A stretch of DNA of 64,000 bases. Source: Trueperaceae bacterium. GTDB taxonomy: Bacteria; Deinococcota; Deinococci; Deinococcales; Trueperaceae. The DNA lies in NCBI GenBank assembly GCA_965214405.1, contig OZ243956.1:576001-640000 (forward strand), given 5' to 3'. Below, one piece after another: positions 27,949 through 38,434 of the stretch (positions are counted from its first letter, which is position 1; every line of letters begins with the position of its first letter). A program made the position numbers and the translations under genes. The notes under the pieces were generated by a model. It had not been told where the DNA came from and searched no databases. It saw only the letters and a list, made by a program, of their open reading frames with translations.

Positions 27949-29340
27949 TTAAGAAAGCTCCCCGACCATCTTTTCCGGCACCACGATGCGGTCGAACTCT
28001 TCGGGGGTGAGAAACTCGAGCCTCTGCGCCGCCTCCTTGAGCGTCAGCCCCTCGGCGTGCGCGGTTTTGGCGATCTTGGCGGCTTTGTCATAGCCGATGT
28101 GCGTGTTGAGCGCGGTCACCAGCATGAGCGAGTTGTCCAGATGCTCCTTGATGCGCGCGCGGTTGGGCTCGAGGCCGACGGCGAGATTGTCATTGAAAGA
28201 GGCGCAAGCATCTTTCAAGAGGCGCGCGGAGGTGAGCAGGTTGTAAATCATCACCGGCTTGAAGACGTTGAGCTGGAGGTGCCCGTGGGTGCCCGCGACG
28301 GCGACGGCGGCGTCGTTGCCGATAACCTGCGCGCAAGCCATCGTCATCGCCTCCGCCTGGGTGGGGTTGACCTTACCCGGCATGATGGACGAGCCCGGCT
28401 CGTTTTCGGGGATGAGAAATTCGCCCAGCCCGCTCCGCGGCCCCGACGCGAGCAGGCGGACGTTGTTGGCGATGGTAAACAAGCTCACCGCCACGCGCTT
28501 CAAAGCGCCCGAAGCTTCGACCACCGCGTCATGCGCGCTCAAGGCCTCAAACTTGTTGTCGGCGCTCACGAACGGGTAGCCCGTTTCCTCGGCAATTTTT
28601 TGGGCGACCCGCTCCGCAAAACCCTTGGGGGTATTGAGGCCGGTGCCCACGGCGGTGCCGCCCAAGGCGAGTTCGCGGAGGTGATTGAGAGAACCGTCAA
28701 GCGCCTCCATTCCCTTTTTAAGCTGCGCCGCGTAACCCGACAGCTCCTGACCCACGGTCAAGGGCGTCGCGTCCATGAGGTGCGTGCGGCCTATCTTGAC
28801 CACGTCCATAAACTCGCGCGACTTCGCCGCAAAGGTGCCTTGCAGCCTCGCCAGTTCCGGCAGCAGCTCCCCCTGAATCGCCGTGTACGCCGCGATGTGC
28901 ATCGCCGTCGGGAAGGTGTCATTCGAGGACTGCGACTTGTTCACGTCGTCGTTAGGGTGGACCGGCGTCTTGGAGCCCATCTCCCCACCCGCCCGCTCAA
29001 TCGCGCGGTTGGCAATCACCTCGTTCACGTTCATGTTCGACTGCGTGCCCGAACCCGTCTGCCACACAACCAAGGGGAAGTGCTCGTCAAGATCGCCCGC
29101 AAGAATCTCGTCGCAAACTTTGGCTATGGCGTCTGCTTTCTCTTGCGGAAAGTCCGTCAACTCGGCGTTGGTCAGCGCGGCGGCCTTTTTAAGAACCGCA
29201 AAGGCGCGAATGACCTCCAAAGGCATCCGCTGCCCGCCGATTTTGAAGTTTTCCAGGGAGCGCTGCGTCTGCGCGCCCCAGTATTTGTCGGCGGGAACTT
29301 GCACCTCGCCCATCGTGTCTTTTTCAGTTCGGTAATCCAT
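27949..29340 (-). CDS. fumC: Class II fumarate hydratase
   Basis: [12 protein letters not shown] and [13 protein letters not shown] signatures. Confidence 0.98.
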   Translation of the reverse strand: MDYRTEKDTMGEVQVPADKYWGAQTQRSLENFKIGGQRMPLEVIRAFAVLKKAAALTNAELTDFPQEKADAIAKVCDEILAGDLDEHFPLVVWQTGSGTQSNMNVNEVIANRAIERAGGEMGSKTPVHPNDDVNKSQSSNDTFPTAMHIAAYTAIQGELLPELARLQGTFAAKSREFMDVVKIGRTHLMDATPLTVGQELSGYAAQLKKGMEALDGSLNHLRELALGGTAVGTGLNTPKGFAERVAQKIAEETGYPFVSADNKFEALSAHDAVVEASGALKRVAVSLFTIANNVRLLASGPRSGLGEFLIPENEPGSSIMPGKVNPTQAEAMTMACAQVIGNDAAVAVAGTHGHLQLNVFKPVMIYNLLTSARLLKDACASFNDNLAVGLEPNRARIKEHLDNSLMLVTALNTHIGYDKAAKIAKTAHAEGLTLKEAAQRLEFLTPEEFDRIVVPEKMVGELS

Positions 29341-29440
29341 ACGTCCTCCATTGGCAACCTCGAGACTCGCAACGTCAGCACAATAGGGCCTATGCTAACG
29401 CAAAGTTTAAGGTGGTGAGAATTTAATGACGGCTCTAATC

Positions 29441-30415
29441 TTACTTGGCAAGCGCGAACCGCAGCGCGTGCGACAACCCGTTGCGCCAATTGACCCAGTT
29501 ATGTCCGGCGTGTCGCTCCGCATAAGCGTGTTCGTAACCCTTGGCTTCCAACACCTCATGCACGCGCCGGTTTATGTTGGTGAGCCACTCGAGCGTCCCC
29601 ACCTCCGTATACCAGCGAATCGGCTCCCGCTCCCGCGCCTCTAGTTCCGACGCCACCCACGACTGCTCGCTTTTGTAAAAGTCCATATCCTCGGGCGTGC
29701 CCAAAAAGGCCCCTGACTGCGCGACGACCGTCCCGAACAACTCGGGATGATGAAGCGCCAGCGTCGCGCTCACGAGCCCGCCCAGACTCGCGCCCATCGC
29801 CGCACGCTCGTCCGTGGTCTTTAGCCGCTCCTCCACAAAGGGGACGAGCTCGTTGGCCATAAACGCGCGGTAGTGGGGGTTAAAGCGGTACTCCTTGCTT
29901 CGGCTGATGGGCTCGACAAAGACGAGGTGTGCAGGCCGAATGAGGTCGTCTTTGAGCAGCGCCTCCAGCACCTCGTTTAGTTTGGCAATCCGAAAGTAGG
30001 CGGTGCCGTCTTGCACGTACACGCAGGGCAGCGCCTCGTTTTCAAAACCCTTGGGTGTGTAGAGGGTGAGGCGGCGGGTTTGGCTTAAGTGGGCGGACTC
30101 GAGCCTATGCCGCTGCACCTCCCCCGTCGCCAAGCTCTCTTTTATATGGGCGTGAGGGTCCGCGCGGTAGTCGGGGCCGATGACGGCGCTTGCGTTCGGG
30201 TACCAAGGATTATCCGCCTTTGTCTCATTCTGCGGGTCCGCGCGCATCTTCCCCTCGGCGTCCAGAAAGGCGTATTCAAAATACGCGTCGTCGGAAAGCT
30301 CAAAGGAAAATTTAGCCACTTTTGAGGCGTCCACCGGGTGCGGGTCGCGCTCCATGTCGGTGTGGTCAGAGACAATGTGGGTGGCCCAGTCGGGGATGTG
30401 GATGGTGACGTTCAT
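29441..30415 (-). CDS. Fes-like alpha/beta hydrolase (esterase)
   Basis: GASLGG nucleophile elbow and GHNW motif. Confidence 0.85.
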   Translation of the reverse strand: MNVTIHIPDWATHIVSDHTDMERDPHPVDASKVAKFSFELSDDAYFEYAFLDAEGKMRADPQNETKADNPWYPNASAVIGPDYRADPHAHIKESLATGEVQRHRLESAHLSQTRRLTLYTPKGFENEALPCVYVQDGTAYFRIAKLNEVLEALLKDDLIRPAHLVFVEPISRSKEYRFNPHYRAFMANELVPFVEERLKTTDERAAMGASLGGLVSATLALHHPELFGTVVAQSGAFLGTPEDMDFYKSEQSWVASELEAREREPIRWYTEVGTLEWLTNINRRVHEVLEAKGYEHAYAERHAGHNWVNWRNGLSHALRFALAK

Positions 30416-30433
30416 AACGCTAAAGTGCCCGTC

Positions 30434-30613
30434 TTATGGTCCGGTCTCCAATTCCCCAAAAGGCGTCCGCTCTTCTCCTCTAACCTTGGCAACCATCGCC
30501 AAATCGTAGAGGTCCTCGAGCAGTGCTTCGTACGCTTCCAAAGAGAGGATGACGTCCGTTTTTTGGCCTTCACTGTCAATAATGTAGCGGGGTTCGCGCT
30601 CTGTCACTGCCAT
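30434..30613 (-). CDS. 59-aa antitoxin-like protein with no adjacent toxin
   Basis: Not in ORF track; my translation is MAVTESEPRYIIDSEGQKTDVILSLEAYEALLEDLYDLAMVAKVRGEERTPFGELETGP. Confidence 0.6.
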   Translation of the reverse strand: MAVTEREPRYIIDSEGQKTDVILSLEAYEALLEDLYDLAMVAKVRGEERTPFGELETGP

Positions 30614-30690
30614 AGCGTGAGTATAGCAAGCCGCGTAGAGAAACGCTCACGCCGCAAATTTGTCACGGAGACTTCATGTAAACTTAGAGC

Positions 30691-31872
30691 ATGACACAGC
30701 CCTTCGATACCGCAAAGGCCGACGCGCTTGAAGCCAGCACTTTAGAAGACAAAGCCTGCTTGAAGTGGCAGCAACACCCCACCGGGGTCTTGCCCCTCTG
30801 GGTGGCCGACATGGATTTTCCCACCGCCAAGCCTATTCAGGAGGCGCTCGAGGCCTACGCCAAAAGTAATAATCTGGGCTATCCCTCGTGGGACGGGCTG
30901 CCGGGGCTCAAGGAGAGCGTGCAGGCGCGCTTGAAAACGCGTTACGGCTGGGAGGTCGAGCCCTCACAAATCTACCCGCTCAGCGGCATCGTTACCGGCC
31001 TCTTTTTGGGCTCCCTGGCGCTCGCCAGCGAGGGCGAAGAGGTTATCGTCCAGTCGCCCATCTACCCACCTTTTATGATGGCCGTCGAGGAGACGGGGCG
31101 GGCGCCGCTCTACAATCCGCTCGTTCAGGGGCCAAGCGGTTGGGAAATAGATTTTGACGGTCTGGAAGCCCTCGTCACCCCCGCCACGCGCCTGCTGATG
31201 CTCTGCAACCCGCACAACCCCACCGGGCGCGTGTTCCGGCGCGACGAGTTGGAACGCTTGGCGGACTTCGCGCTGCGCCACCGGCTTTGGGTCGTGTCGG
31301 ACGAACTTCACAGCGATTTGGTCTACGAGGGCGAGAAGCACATTCCTATCGCCTCACTAAACAAGGAGATTGCTGAACGCACCATTACGCTCTTTGGACC
31401 CACCAAAACGTTCAACATTGCAGGACTCAAAATCGGCTTTGCGGTGTCGCAGAACGAGAGGCTGCTCGAGCGTATCAAAGCGCGGGCGCACGGCCTCGTG
31501 GGCGCGCCCAACGTGATGGCGCAGGCGGCGACGATGGCCGCGTACGGGCGCGGGGAGGCGTGGCTCGAGGGGGCGCTTACCTATCTGGACGGCAACCGCC
31601 GCTTTATCAAAGGTTTTTTAGACGAGCACCTGCCGGAAGTGGGGTACATCCAGCCCGAAGGCACCTACCTCGCCTGGCTCGACTTTCGCGCGTGGGGGCT
31701 GGGCGACGACCTCTACCCGTTTTTGTTGGAAAAGGCCAAGGTCGGGCTCAACGACGGCCCCGGTTACGGCCCCGGCGGTGAGGGCTTCGCGCGGCTCAAC
31801 TTTGCGACCTCTCGAGGGATTGTCGAGGAGGCGCTGACGCGTATCCGCGACGCCCGGCGCGCGCGTGTTTGA
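30691..31872 (+). CDS. MalY/PatB-family PLP-dependent C-S lyase/aminotransferase
   Basis: LPLWVADMDF, LCNPHNPTG, SDELH and PTKTFNIAGL motifs. Confidence 0.92.
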   Translation: MTQPFDTAKADALEASTLEDKACLKWQQHPTGVLPLWVADMDFPTAKPIQEALEAYAKSNNLGYPSWDGLPGLKESVQARLKTRYGWEVEPSQIYPLSGIVTGLFLGSLALASEGEEVIVQSPIYPPFMMAVEETGRAPLYNPLVQGPSGWEIDFDGLEALVTPATRLLMLCNPHNPTGRVFRRDELERLADFALRHRLWVVSDELHSDLVYEGEKHIPIASLNKEIAERTITLFGPTKTFNIAGLKIGFAVSQNERLLERIKARAHGLVGAPNVMAQAATMAAYGRGEAWLEGALTYLDGNRRFIKGFLDEHLPEVGYIQPEGTYLAWLDFRAWGLGDDLYPFLLEKAKVGLNDGPGYGPGGEGFARLNFATSRGIVEEALTRIRDARRARV

Positions 31873-32572
31873 CCCGTACCCATTAGAACTCGAGCGCTGC
31901 ACCCGCTGCCCGCGCCTGGTTAGGCACCGCGAAGAAGTTGCCCGCACCAAACGCCGCAGTTACCGCGAACACTCCTATTGGGGTCGCCCCGTGCCCGGCT
32001 TCGGCGACCCGGAGGCCGAGATTTTGCTCTTGGGTTTGGCCCCCGGCGCGCACGGGAGCAACCGCACCGGGCGCATGTTTACGGGCGACGGCTCGGGCGA
32101 CTTTTTGTTTCCCGCGCTCTACCGGGCGGGACTGGCGAATCAGCCCGAGTCGGTGGGGCGGGGGGACGGGCTCGAGCTCCACAATCTTTGGATTACCGCC
32201 GCCGCGCGCTGCGTGCCGCCCGGCAACCGCCCCACCCGCGCAGAAGTTGCCAACTGTCGGGGGTGGTTGGGGCACGACTTCGGCGGTCTCCCCCATCTCA
32301 AACTCGTTCTGGCCCTTGGCGCGATTGCCCACGACAGCTATCTGGAACTTCTCAAGGCGCAGGGGCACACCGTCATCAAAAACCGCTACCCCTTCGCCCA
32401 CGGCGCGCTGCACACTATTGACACCTCCGACACATCATCCGACACATTAAAAGACGCGCTGCCGCTGCTTGATTCCTACCACGTGAGTTTTCAGAATACG
32501 AACACGGGCAAACTGACGCCGGAGATGTTTGACCGGGTGCTGGAAAAGGCAAAATCTCTGGTCGGGTTCTGA
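31865..32572 (+). CDS. Uracil-DNA glycosylase family 5 (UdgB-like)
   Basis: CTRCPRL, GLAPGAHGSNRTGRMFTGD and YHVSFQNTNTG motifs. Confidence 0.92.
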   Translation: MFDPYPLELERCTRCPRLVRHREEVARTKRRSYREHSYWGRPVPGFGDPEAEILLLGLAPGAHGSNRTGRMFTGDGSGDFLFPALYRAGLANQPESVGRGDGLELHNLWITAAARCVPPGNRPTRAEVANCRGWLGHDFGGLPHLKLVLALGAIAHDSYLELLKAQGHTVIKNRYPFAHGALHTIDTSDTSSDTLKDALPLLDSYHVSFQNTNTGKLTPEMFDRVLEKAKSLVGF

Positions 32573-32637
32573 AGCCACATAGCTCCTCATTTCCAAAGTG
32601 CCATACGTGATACCTGGTAAAGGTTAGGCTGGAGGCT

Positions 32638-33768
32638 GTGACGCTCGCTACGCTGACCCTTGACCCCAAGCTCGAGCCCGCCCTCTCCTCCAACCATCCC
32701 TGGCTCTACCGTAACCACTTGCCCAAACACCGGCTCCAAAACGGCGATTGGGTACGCGTGCGCGCGGGCAAAGCCGAGGCGGTGGGGCTTTACGACGAGG
32801 AGAGCGCGATTGCCATCAGGCTCTTTGGCCCGGAAATGCCGCTTGTCGGGGCTCGAGTGGACGAGGCGCTGGCGCTGCGCCACGGCCTTTTTGAGGGGCG
32901 TGACACCACCGCCTACCGGCTCATCTACGGCGAGGGCGACTATTTACCCGGCGTGACGGTGGACCGCTACGAGCGCTACGCGGTGCTGCAAACGTACGCG
33001 AGCAGCGTTGAGGTTATCGTGCCGGACGTGGTCAAGGCGCTCGCCAAACTCAAGCTGCGCGGCGTCGTGACGCGGGGGGCGGGGGGGCTCGAGCCCCTTT
33101 GGGGCGAACGCCCGCCCCCTGAACTCACCGTGAGAGAAAACGGCCTCAAGCTCCTAGCCAACCTCTACGAGGGCCAAAAGACCGGCCTCTTTTTGGACCA
33201 CCGCGACAACCGCGAGACGCTGGGCGAGTTTTGTGAGGGTAAAACGGTGCTCAACCTCTTTTCCTATACCGGCGCGTTTTCGCTCTACGCGGCTCGAGGC
33301 GGCGCGGCGCACGTCACGAGCGTGGACAGCGCGCCCGCCGCGACGGCGGACGCGAAACGTAACTTCGAGATGAACGGCTTTGACCCCGCCGCGCACGCGT
33401 TCCTGACAGAAGACTGTTTTGCGCTTCTGGAAACCTACACCCAAAGAGGCGAAACGTTCGACGTGGTCGTTCTCGACCCGCCCTCGCTCGCGCGGAGCAA
33501 GACGAAACGCTTCGCGGCGCTGCGCGCCTACCGCAAGCTCAACGCGCTCGCCGCCCGCTGCGTGCGCCCCGGCGGGCTTTTGGCTACCGCGAGTTGCACC
33601 TCGCAGGTGTCCCCCGCCGACTTCGTGAACGTCCTTGGCGAGGCGGCGAACGGGGCCGACAGGCGTTTGCAAATCATCCGCGAGGCAGGCCACGCCGCCG
33701 ACCATCCTGTCCCCGCGACTTTTCCCGAGGGGCGTTACCTCAAGTTTGTGATGGCGCGTGTTCTGTAA
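32638..33768 (+). CDS. RlmI-like SAM-dependent rRNA methyltransferase
   Basis: HPWLY, GQKTGLFLDHRDNR, LNLFSYTG and LDPP motifs. Confidence 0.88.
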   Translation: MTLATLTLDPKLEPALSSNHPWLYRNHLPKHRLQNGDWVRVRAGKAEAVGLYDEESAIAIRLFGPEMPLVGARVDEALALRHGLFEGRDTTAYRLIYGEGDYLPGVTVDRYERYAVLQTYASSVEVIVPDVVKALAKLKLRGVVTRGAGGLEPLWGERPPPELTVRENGLKLLANLYEGQKTGLFLDHRDNRETLGEFCEGKTVLNLFSYTGAFSLYAARGGAAHVTSVDSAPAATADAKRNFEMNGFDPAAHAFLTEDCFALLETYTQRGETFDVVVLDPPSLARSKTKRFAALRAYRKLNALAARCVRPGGLLATASCTSQVSPADFVNVLGEAANGADRRLQIIREAGHAADHPVPATFPEGRYLKFVMARVL

Positions 33769-33957
33769 AGTTCGGTAGCATTAGGTAGGCGGTGGGGATG
33801 TATCGGCTCGAGCCCACACCCTCCCGTTTGAGCGGTTGATTTATGCTGATGTCTCGAGACGTAGCTTAGAAGACGGCGTCCGCGCCCACTCTGCTCAGCC
33901 CTCGAGTCAACATCTGAAAAACCGCTCTGGTAGCTGTAACTTAGCCGTCAATGCCAC

Positions 33958-33995
33958 AAAACAAGAACCCCAGGATGGACCAGGGGTTCTTGTTT
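33958..33995 (-). terminator. Hairpin downstream of the tRNA pair
   Basis: AAACAAGAACCCC / GGGGTTCTTGTTT inverted repeat. Confidence 0.65.
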
Positions 33996-34017
33996 ACCGC
34001 CAGAAACAGGCTTTTTC

Positions 34018-34092
34018 TGGTAGGCGCGGGCAGGATTGAACTGCCGACCTCCACAGTGTCAATGTGGCGCTCTCCCACTGAGCTACGCGCCT
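34018..34092 (-). tRNA. tRNA-Val(GAC)
   Basis: Cloverleaf AGGCGCG...CGCGCCT-ACCA; anticodon loop TTGACAC; GTTCAATC T-loop. Confidence 0.96.
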
Positions 34093-34153
34093 GCGTGGAA
34101 CATTTTACAGCCTTACTTCACTTACAGTACCCGGTGCGTAGCCTGATAAGCTT

Positions 34154-34228
34154 TGGAGGCGCCGACCGGAATCGAACCGGTGAATGGAGGTTTTGCAGAC
34201 CTCTGCCTTACCGCTTGGCTACGGCGCC
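34154..34228 (-). tRNA. tRNA-Cys(GCA)
   Basis: GGCGCCG...CGGCGCC-TCCA; anticodon loop CTGCAAA; GTTCGATT T-loop. Confidence 0.96.
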
Positions 34229-34248
34229 GCACCCGGCCCGGAAGAAAA

Positions 34249-34277
34249 ATGGTATCACGCGGCCTGGGCGCTGTCAA
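34249..34277 (-). promoter_or_regulatory. Sigma70-type promoter of the tRNA pair
   Basis: TTGACA-17 bp-TACCAT on the minus strand. Confidence 0.75.
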
Positions 34278-34734
34278 CGCGGATTGAAATGTACTCTAGG
34301 GCGGTTGCAAAGTCATTAAAGGCGCTAAAGGAGGTAGTCATCCCAAGCAGCACGTTCGCGCTTGACTACCGCGCTTCATTACATGAGCCGTAAGCCCATA
34401 TTTCATCATTGGCATCACCGCTGCCAATACTGCTATACAGGCATCTGGCAGTGTAGGCCTTTTGCCTCTAGCTTCTCTCAAATCTTTAGCTCTACAAAAT
34501 ATCCGGTGGTTCCGCTTGCCTCTATGTGTTCCATTCCCAACACGGGCAAACCGGACTTCGCCGTCACCCTGTCGAGCGTCCGCCCAACACCTCCCAAACG
34601 TCTTTCCACCCTTATATAGCAGGTATCTGGCTTGGCACAAATTCAGTTGGTGAACCACTGGCCGGGACATGGTGACGGTAATAAGTTCTGCGCTGATAGA
34701 CTCAGTGTCAATCAAAGCCGCTATACTAAGGGTT

Positions 34735-36354
34735 GTGTTAAAGGCGCTCGAGCTTCAAAATTTTGCCATTGTCGACGAACTCCGCGTCGAACTCTCGCCC
34801 GGCTTGAACGTGCTCACGGGCGAGACGGGCGCGGGCAAAAGCATCCTCATCGACGCGCTGGCGCTGCTTATCGGCGGTCGGGGCGACGCCTCGTTCGTGC
34901 GGACGGGGGCCGAGGGCGCGCTTATCCAGGGTTTGTTCGACCCGCGCGTGGGCGTGGGCTCGGCGGCGCGGCGACTGCAAAAGAGCGGGCGGAGTTCGGC
35001 GCGGCTCGACGGCGAGGTGGTGACGATCGGCGAACTCTCGCAACTCGGCGCGCGCGCCGTCGCCATCCACGGTCAGCACGCCTCGCAAACGCTCCTCAAC
35101 GCGGCGGAGCAGCGCAAGCTGTTAGACGGGCTGTTGACGCCCAGAGCGCAAGGCGCGCTGCAAAGGTACGGCGCGCGCTACCGCGAGTACGGCGAGGTCG
35201 CGCGGGAGTTGGAAGCGTTGCGCAGCGCGGGCCGCGAACGCGCGCGCCGGGTCGATATGCTGGGCTTTCAGCTCGCAGAAATCGACGCCGCCAAACTTAA
35301 ACCCGGCGAGGAGGCCACGCTTAAAGAAGACTTAGAGAGCCTCCGCCACGCCGAACGCATCACTCAGGGGGCGGGACGCGCGCTAAACAGCCTCGCGGAG
35401 GGCGAGCCCAACGCCGCGGAACTCGTCGCCGCCGCGGCGCGCGACCTAGAAAACGCGGGCCGCTTTCACAAAACCTTGGAAGCCCTCGCCGCCGAACTGG
35501 GCGACGCGCTCGCCAGCCTCCAGGCCATCGGTGAGGAGGTAAGTTCGTTTCTTGGCGACTTCGACGTGGAGCCGGGGGCGCTCGAGCGGCTCGAGGCGCG
35601 CGCCGCCAAACTAGAAGGCCTCAAGCTTAAATACGGCGACTCGGTCGAAGCGGTGCTCGCCTACCGCGAGGAGATAAGCGCGGAACTCGACAGGCTCGCC
35701 AACGCCGAGTCAAATATCGGCGCGTTGGAAGAGCGGCGGGCGGCGCTCGAGGGGGAACTGGCCGAGCTGGCGGACGCCCTGAGCAAAGCCAGAGCCGCCG
35801 CCGCCGCGAAACTTTCCAAAGACGTGACCGCGCAGCTTCGGCCTCTCGGGATGCCCGACGCGGCCTTTACGGTGGGCCTCGAGCCCCTCGCCGACTACAC
35901 CCCGCACGGGCGCGACCGCGTCACCTTTCTCTTTAGCGCCAACCTGGGCGAGCCGCCCGCACCGCTCTCGGCGGTGGCCTCGGGCGGAGAACTCTCGAGG
36001 GTGATGCTGGGTCTCAACGTGGTGACGGGCTCGTCCGAGCCGACGCTGGCCTTTGACGAGGTGGACGCTGGCTTAGGCGGGCAGACCGCGCGGGCGGTGG
36101 GGGCGCTTCTCAAACGTTTGGCGCGCGAGCATCAGGTCTTGGTGGTCACGCACCTGCCGCAAGTCGCCGCCTTTGCCGACGCGCAGTTTTATGTGGAAAA
36201 GCTCGAGAAAGAGGGCCGCACCGTCACGCGGGTCACGCGCCTAAAGCCCAAAGAGCGCGAGGCCGAACTCGCGCGGATGCTTTCGGGGGCGGTTACGGAC
36301 ACCGCCCTGGCGCACGCGAGGGAGTTGTTGCAAGAGAGCCAGGTCGCCGCTTAA
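34735..36354 (+). CDS. recN: DNA repair protein RecN
   Basis: TGETGAGKSILIDAL, ASGGELSR, FDEVDAG and VTHLPQVAA motifs. Confidence 0.97.
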   Translation: MLKALELQNFAIVDELRVELSPGLNVLTGETGAGKSILIDALALLIGGRGDASFVRTGAEGALIQGLFDPRVGVGSAARRLQKSGRSSARLDGEVVTIGELSQLGARAVAIHGQHASQTLLNAAEQRKLLDGLLTPRAQGALQRYGARYREYGEVARELEALRSAGRERARRVDMLGFQLAEIDAAKLKPGEEATLKEDLESLRHAERITQGAGRALNSLAEGEPNAAELVAAAARDLENAGRFHKTLEALAAELGDALASLQAIGEEVSSFLGDFDVEPGALERLEARAAKLEGLKLKYGDSVEAVLAYREEISAELDRLANAESNIGALEERRAALEGELAELADALSKARAAAAAKLSKDVTAQLRPLGMPDAAFTVGLEPLADYTPHGRDRVTFLFSANLGEPPAPLSAVASGGELSRVMLGLNVVTGSSEPTLAFDEVDAGLGGQTARAVGALLKRLAREHQVLVVTHLPQVAAFADAQFYVEKLEKEGRTVTRVTRLKPKEREAELARMLSGAVTDTALAHARELLQESQVAA

Positions 36355-37598
36355 AGGTTTGCCAGGGCCTCCAAAAGCTCATCCACTTCTTCCGGGGTGT
36401 TGTAATGGAGCGCGCTCACCCGCACCGCGCCACCGCGGTCTTTGAGACCCAGATGCTCCATCATTAAGTCGTACGCGTAATAGTGCCCGCTCGCCACGGC
36501 GATGTTTTGCTCAGCGAGTTTTTCGGCCACCTCTTGCGGCGCGTAACCTTTTACGTTGAGAGAAACCGTCGCGGTTCGTCCCTCTGCGGTTTGCAAACCG
36601 TAAACCTCAACGGGGAGGTCGGTAAGTCCGGTCAAAAGCCGCTGGGTGAGCGCGTGCTCGAGCCTCCTAAAAGCCATAAACACCGCCTCCCACCGCTCGC
36701 GCTCCGAGCCCTCCACCCCCAACTCACGCGCTAACGCGTCGAGGTAATCGAAGGTGCCGCCAAAACCCAGAATGGCCTCGTGGTTCTGGGTGCCCGGCTC
36801 CCAATTGATGGGGTGGGCGGGGGGGAAAAAGGACAAGCCGTGATGCGGCAGCGCGTCCAACATCGCGTCGCTTAAGTAGAGCACGCCTAAATGCGGGCCG
36901 AACACCTTGTAGGGCGAGAACACGAGCATGTCCGCGCCCAGAGCCGCCACGTCCGGCAGGCGGTGGGGCGCGTAGTGAACCGCGTCCACCATAACAAGCG
37001 CGCCCGCGTCGTGAACGAGTTTAGACGCGCCCGCAACGTCTGTAAAGGTGCCCAGCGCGTTGCTTGCGCTCGTCATGGCGACGAGTTTGGTTTTGCTTGA
37101 CAGGAGGGGTTTGAGGTCTGACAGCTCGAGCCGCGCCTCCTCCCCCGTCGGCTCCCAGGTCTTGATTATCAGCCCTCGAGCTTCCAACCTGCGCCAGGGG
37201 TCCACGTTGGCGTGATGGTCTAAGCCGGTCACGATGATTTCATCTCCCGGCGAGAGCGTACGCCCTACCCCGTCCGCTAAGAGCGTCACCAGCGTCGTCG
37301 CGTTGGGGCCAAAGATGACGTTTTCGGGCCGCGCCGCGTTCAAGAACGCCGTCACCCGCGCCCGCACCTTCTCTTTGGCCTCGGTGACGCGCTGCGACTC
37401 TTTGTAAGCGCCGCCCTTGTTGACGTTCATCGTGGTGAGCGCGTCGGTGATGCTTGCCACCACGCTGCGCGGCACCTGCGCGCCCGCGGCGTTGTCGAAA
37501 AATAGCGTGCGGCTTTCCAGGGCCGGATATTGCGCGCGAATCCAACCTGTGGGAAACGTCGCGGGTTCACTCACGGGGTTCGTAGTGGGAAAGTTCAT
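36351..37598 (-). CDS. Cysteine desulfurase-like class V aminotransferase
   Basis: FFDNAAGAQVP, DHHANVDPW, DAVHYAPH, FSPYK and HYNT motifs. Confidence 0.88.
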   Translation of the reverse strand: MNFPTTNPVSEPATFPTGWIRAQYPALESRTLFFDNAAGAQVPRSVVASITDALTTMNVNKGGAYKESQRVTEAKEKVRARVTAFLNAARPENVIFGPNATTLVTLLADGVGRTLSPGDEIIVTGLDHHANVDPWRRLEARGLIIKTWEPTGEEARLELSDLKPLLSSKTKLVAMTSASNALGTFTDVAGASKLVHDAGALVMVDAVHYAPHRLPDVAALGADMLVFSPYKVFGPHLGVLYLSDAMLDALPHHGLSFFPPAHPINWEPGTQNHEAILGFGGTFDYLDALARELGVEGSERERWEAVFMAFRRLEHALTQRLLTGLTDLPVEVYGLQTAEGRTATVSLNVKGYAPQEVAEKLAEQNIAVASGHYYAYDLMMEHLGLKDRGGAVRVSALHYNTPEEVDELLEALANL

Positions 37599-37668
37599 AG
37601 CCCAGTCTACCGAACAATCGCAAGATGACACCACGTTGCTGGGTAACGGAAACGTTTAGACTCTCCTT

Positions 37669-37917
37669 GTGGAGGTTGAGGTGGGGTACAAAGATTACGA
37701 CGCCGAGGGCGTAGAGGGCGAAGAAACTTGCCCCGAGTGCGGAAGCTTGGACACGGTCACGTATCACTTTTGGGAGGGGTTTACCGAGCTCGAGTGCCGC
37801 GCCTGCGGCTATTCAACTGAGCGCGAGGACATCGCCGAGCTGACCCGCTACCGGGGCGATCTGCGCGAGCGCGAGCGCGATCTGCCGCCCGTCCCGGTAC
37901 GCAAGATAGAGGCGTAG
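37669..37917 (+). CDS. Small zinc-ribbon hypothetical protein
   Basis: CPECG and CRACG cysteine pairs. Confidence 0.6.
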   Translation: MEVEVGYKDYDAEGVEGEETCPECGSLDTVTYHFWEGFTELECRACGYSTEREDIAELTRYRGDLRERERDLPPVPVRKIEA

Positions 37918-38050
37918 TGCGTCCTCGCGGGCAACGTAACCGAAGTCTACAGTAGCGATAAATCTTTAGTAACGACAGGTCTTTCGAGCTTTGTAAATTC
38001 TTGAACGCAGAGCGCCGCACGTGATTGCATGTGGCGTGAGAGGAGAAGGG

Positions 38051-38434
38051 ATGGACGTAAGAATAGTTCTCAGTTCAGACGAAATCATCAAGGGTCTCAA
38101 ACACTACCGGCGCATCGCCAAACAAGACGTGCTGCGCGCCGCGGAAACCGCCAACCCCGAGACGTTTAGGGAGCACGCCGAGGCGCGCCGCACCGTCTAC
38201 GCGCACCTAACCGAGATCGCCGAGCGCGACACGCCGAGCGACGTGGTGCAAGAGGCGCTCCGGTGCTACCGCGACCTGCCCTTTGTTACGGGCACCGCCG
38301 AAGACGAGCACGTCAACATCAAGGGGCGCGAGAATGCCCTCGAGAACTTTTTCCTGATGATCGGCCTAGAGGCCAAGGTGCGCCGCGAAGTCAGGAGCCA
38401 GCGCCCGCCCCTTGCAAAGCTTCAGGGGTCCTAA
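38051..38434 (+). CDS. Hypothetical protein
   Basis: AGGAG RBS, host-like codon usage, 127 aa. Confidence 0.7.
   Translation: MDVRIVLSSDEIIKGLKHYRRIAKQDVLRAAETANPETFREHAEARRTVYAHLTEIAERDTPSDVVQEALRCYRDLPFVTGTAEDEHVNIKGRENALENFFLMIGLEAKVRREVRSQRPPLAKLQGS

Noticed and set aside
28057..29418. 453-aa ORF on the + strand
   Set aside because: Antisense shadow of fumC, common in GC-rich DNA; no recognisable motifs.
33790..34092. Genomic island integrated at tRNA-Val
   Set aside because: No integrase and no duplicated tRNA 3' end seen in the window.
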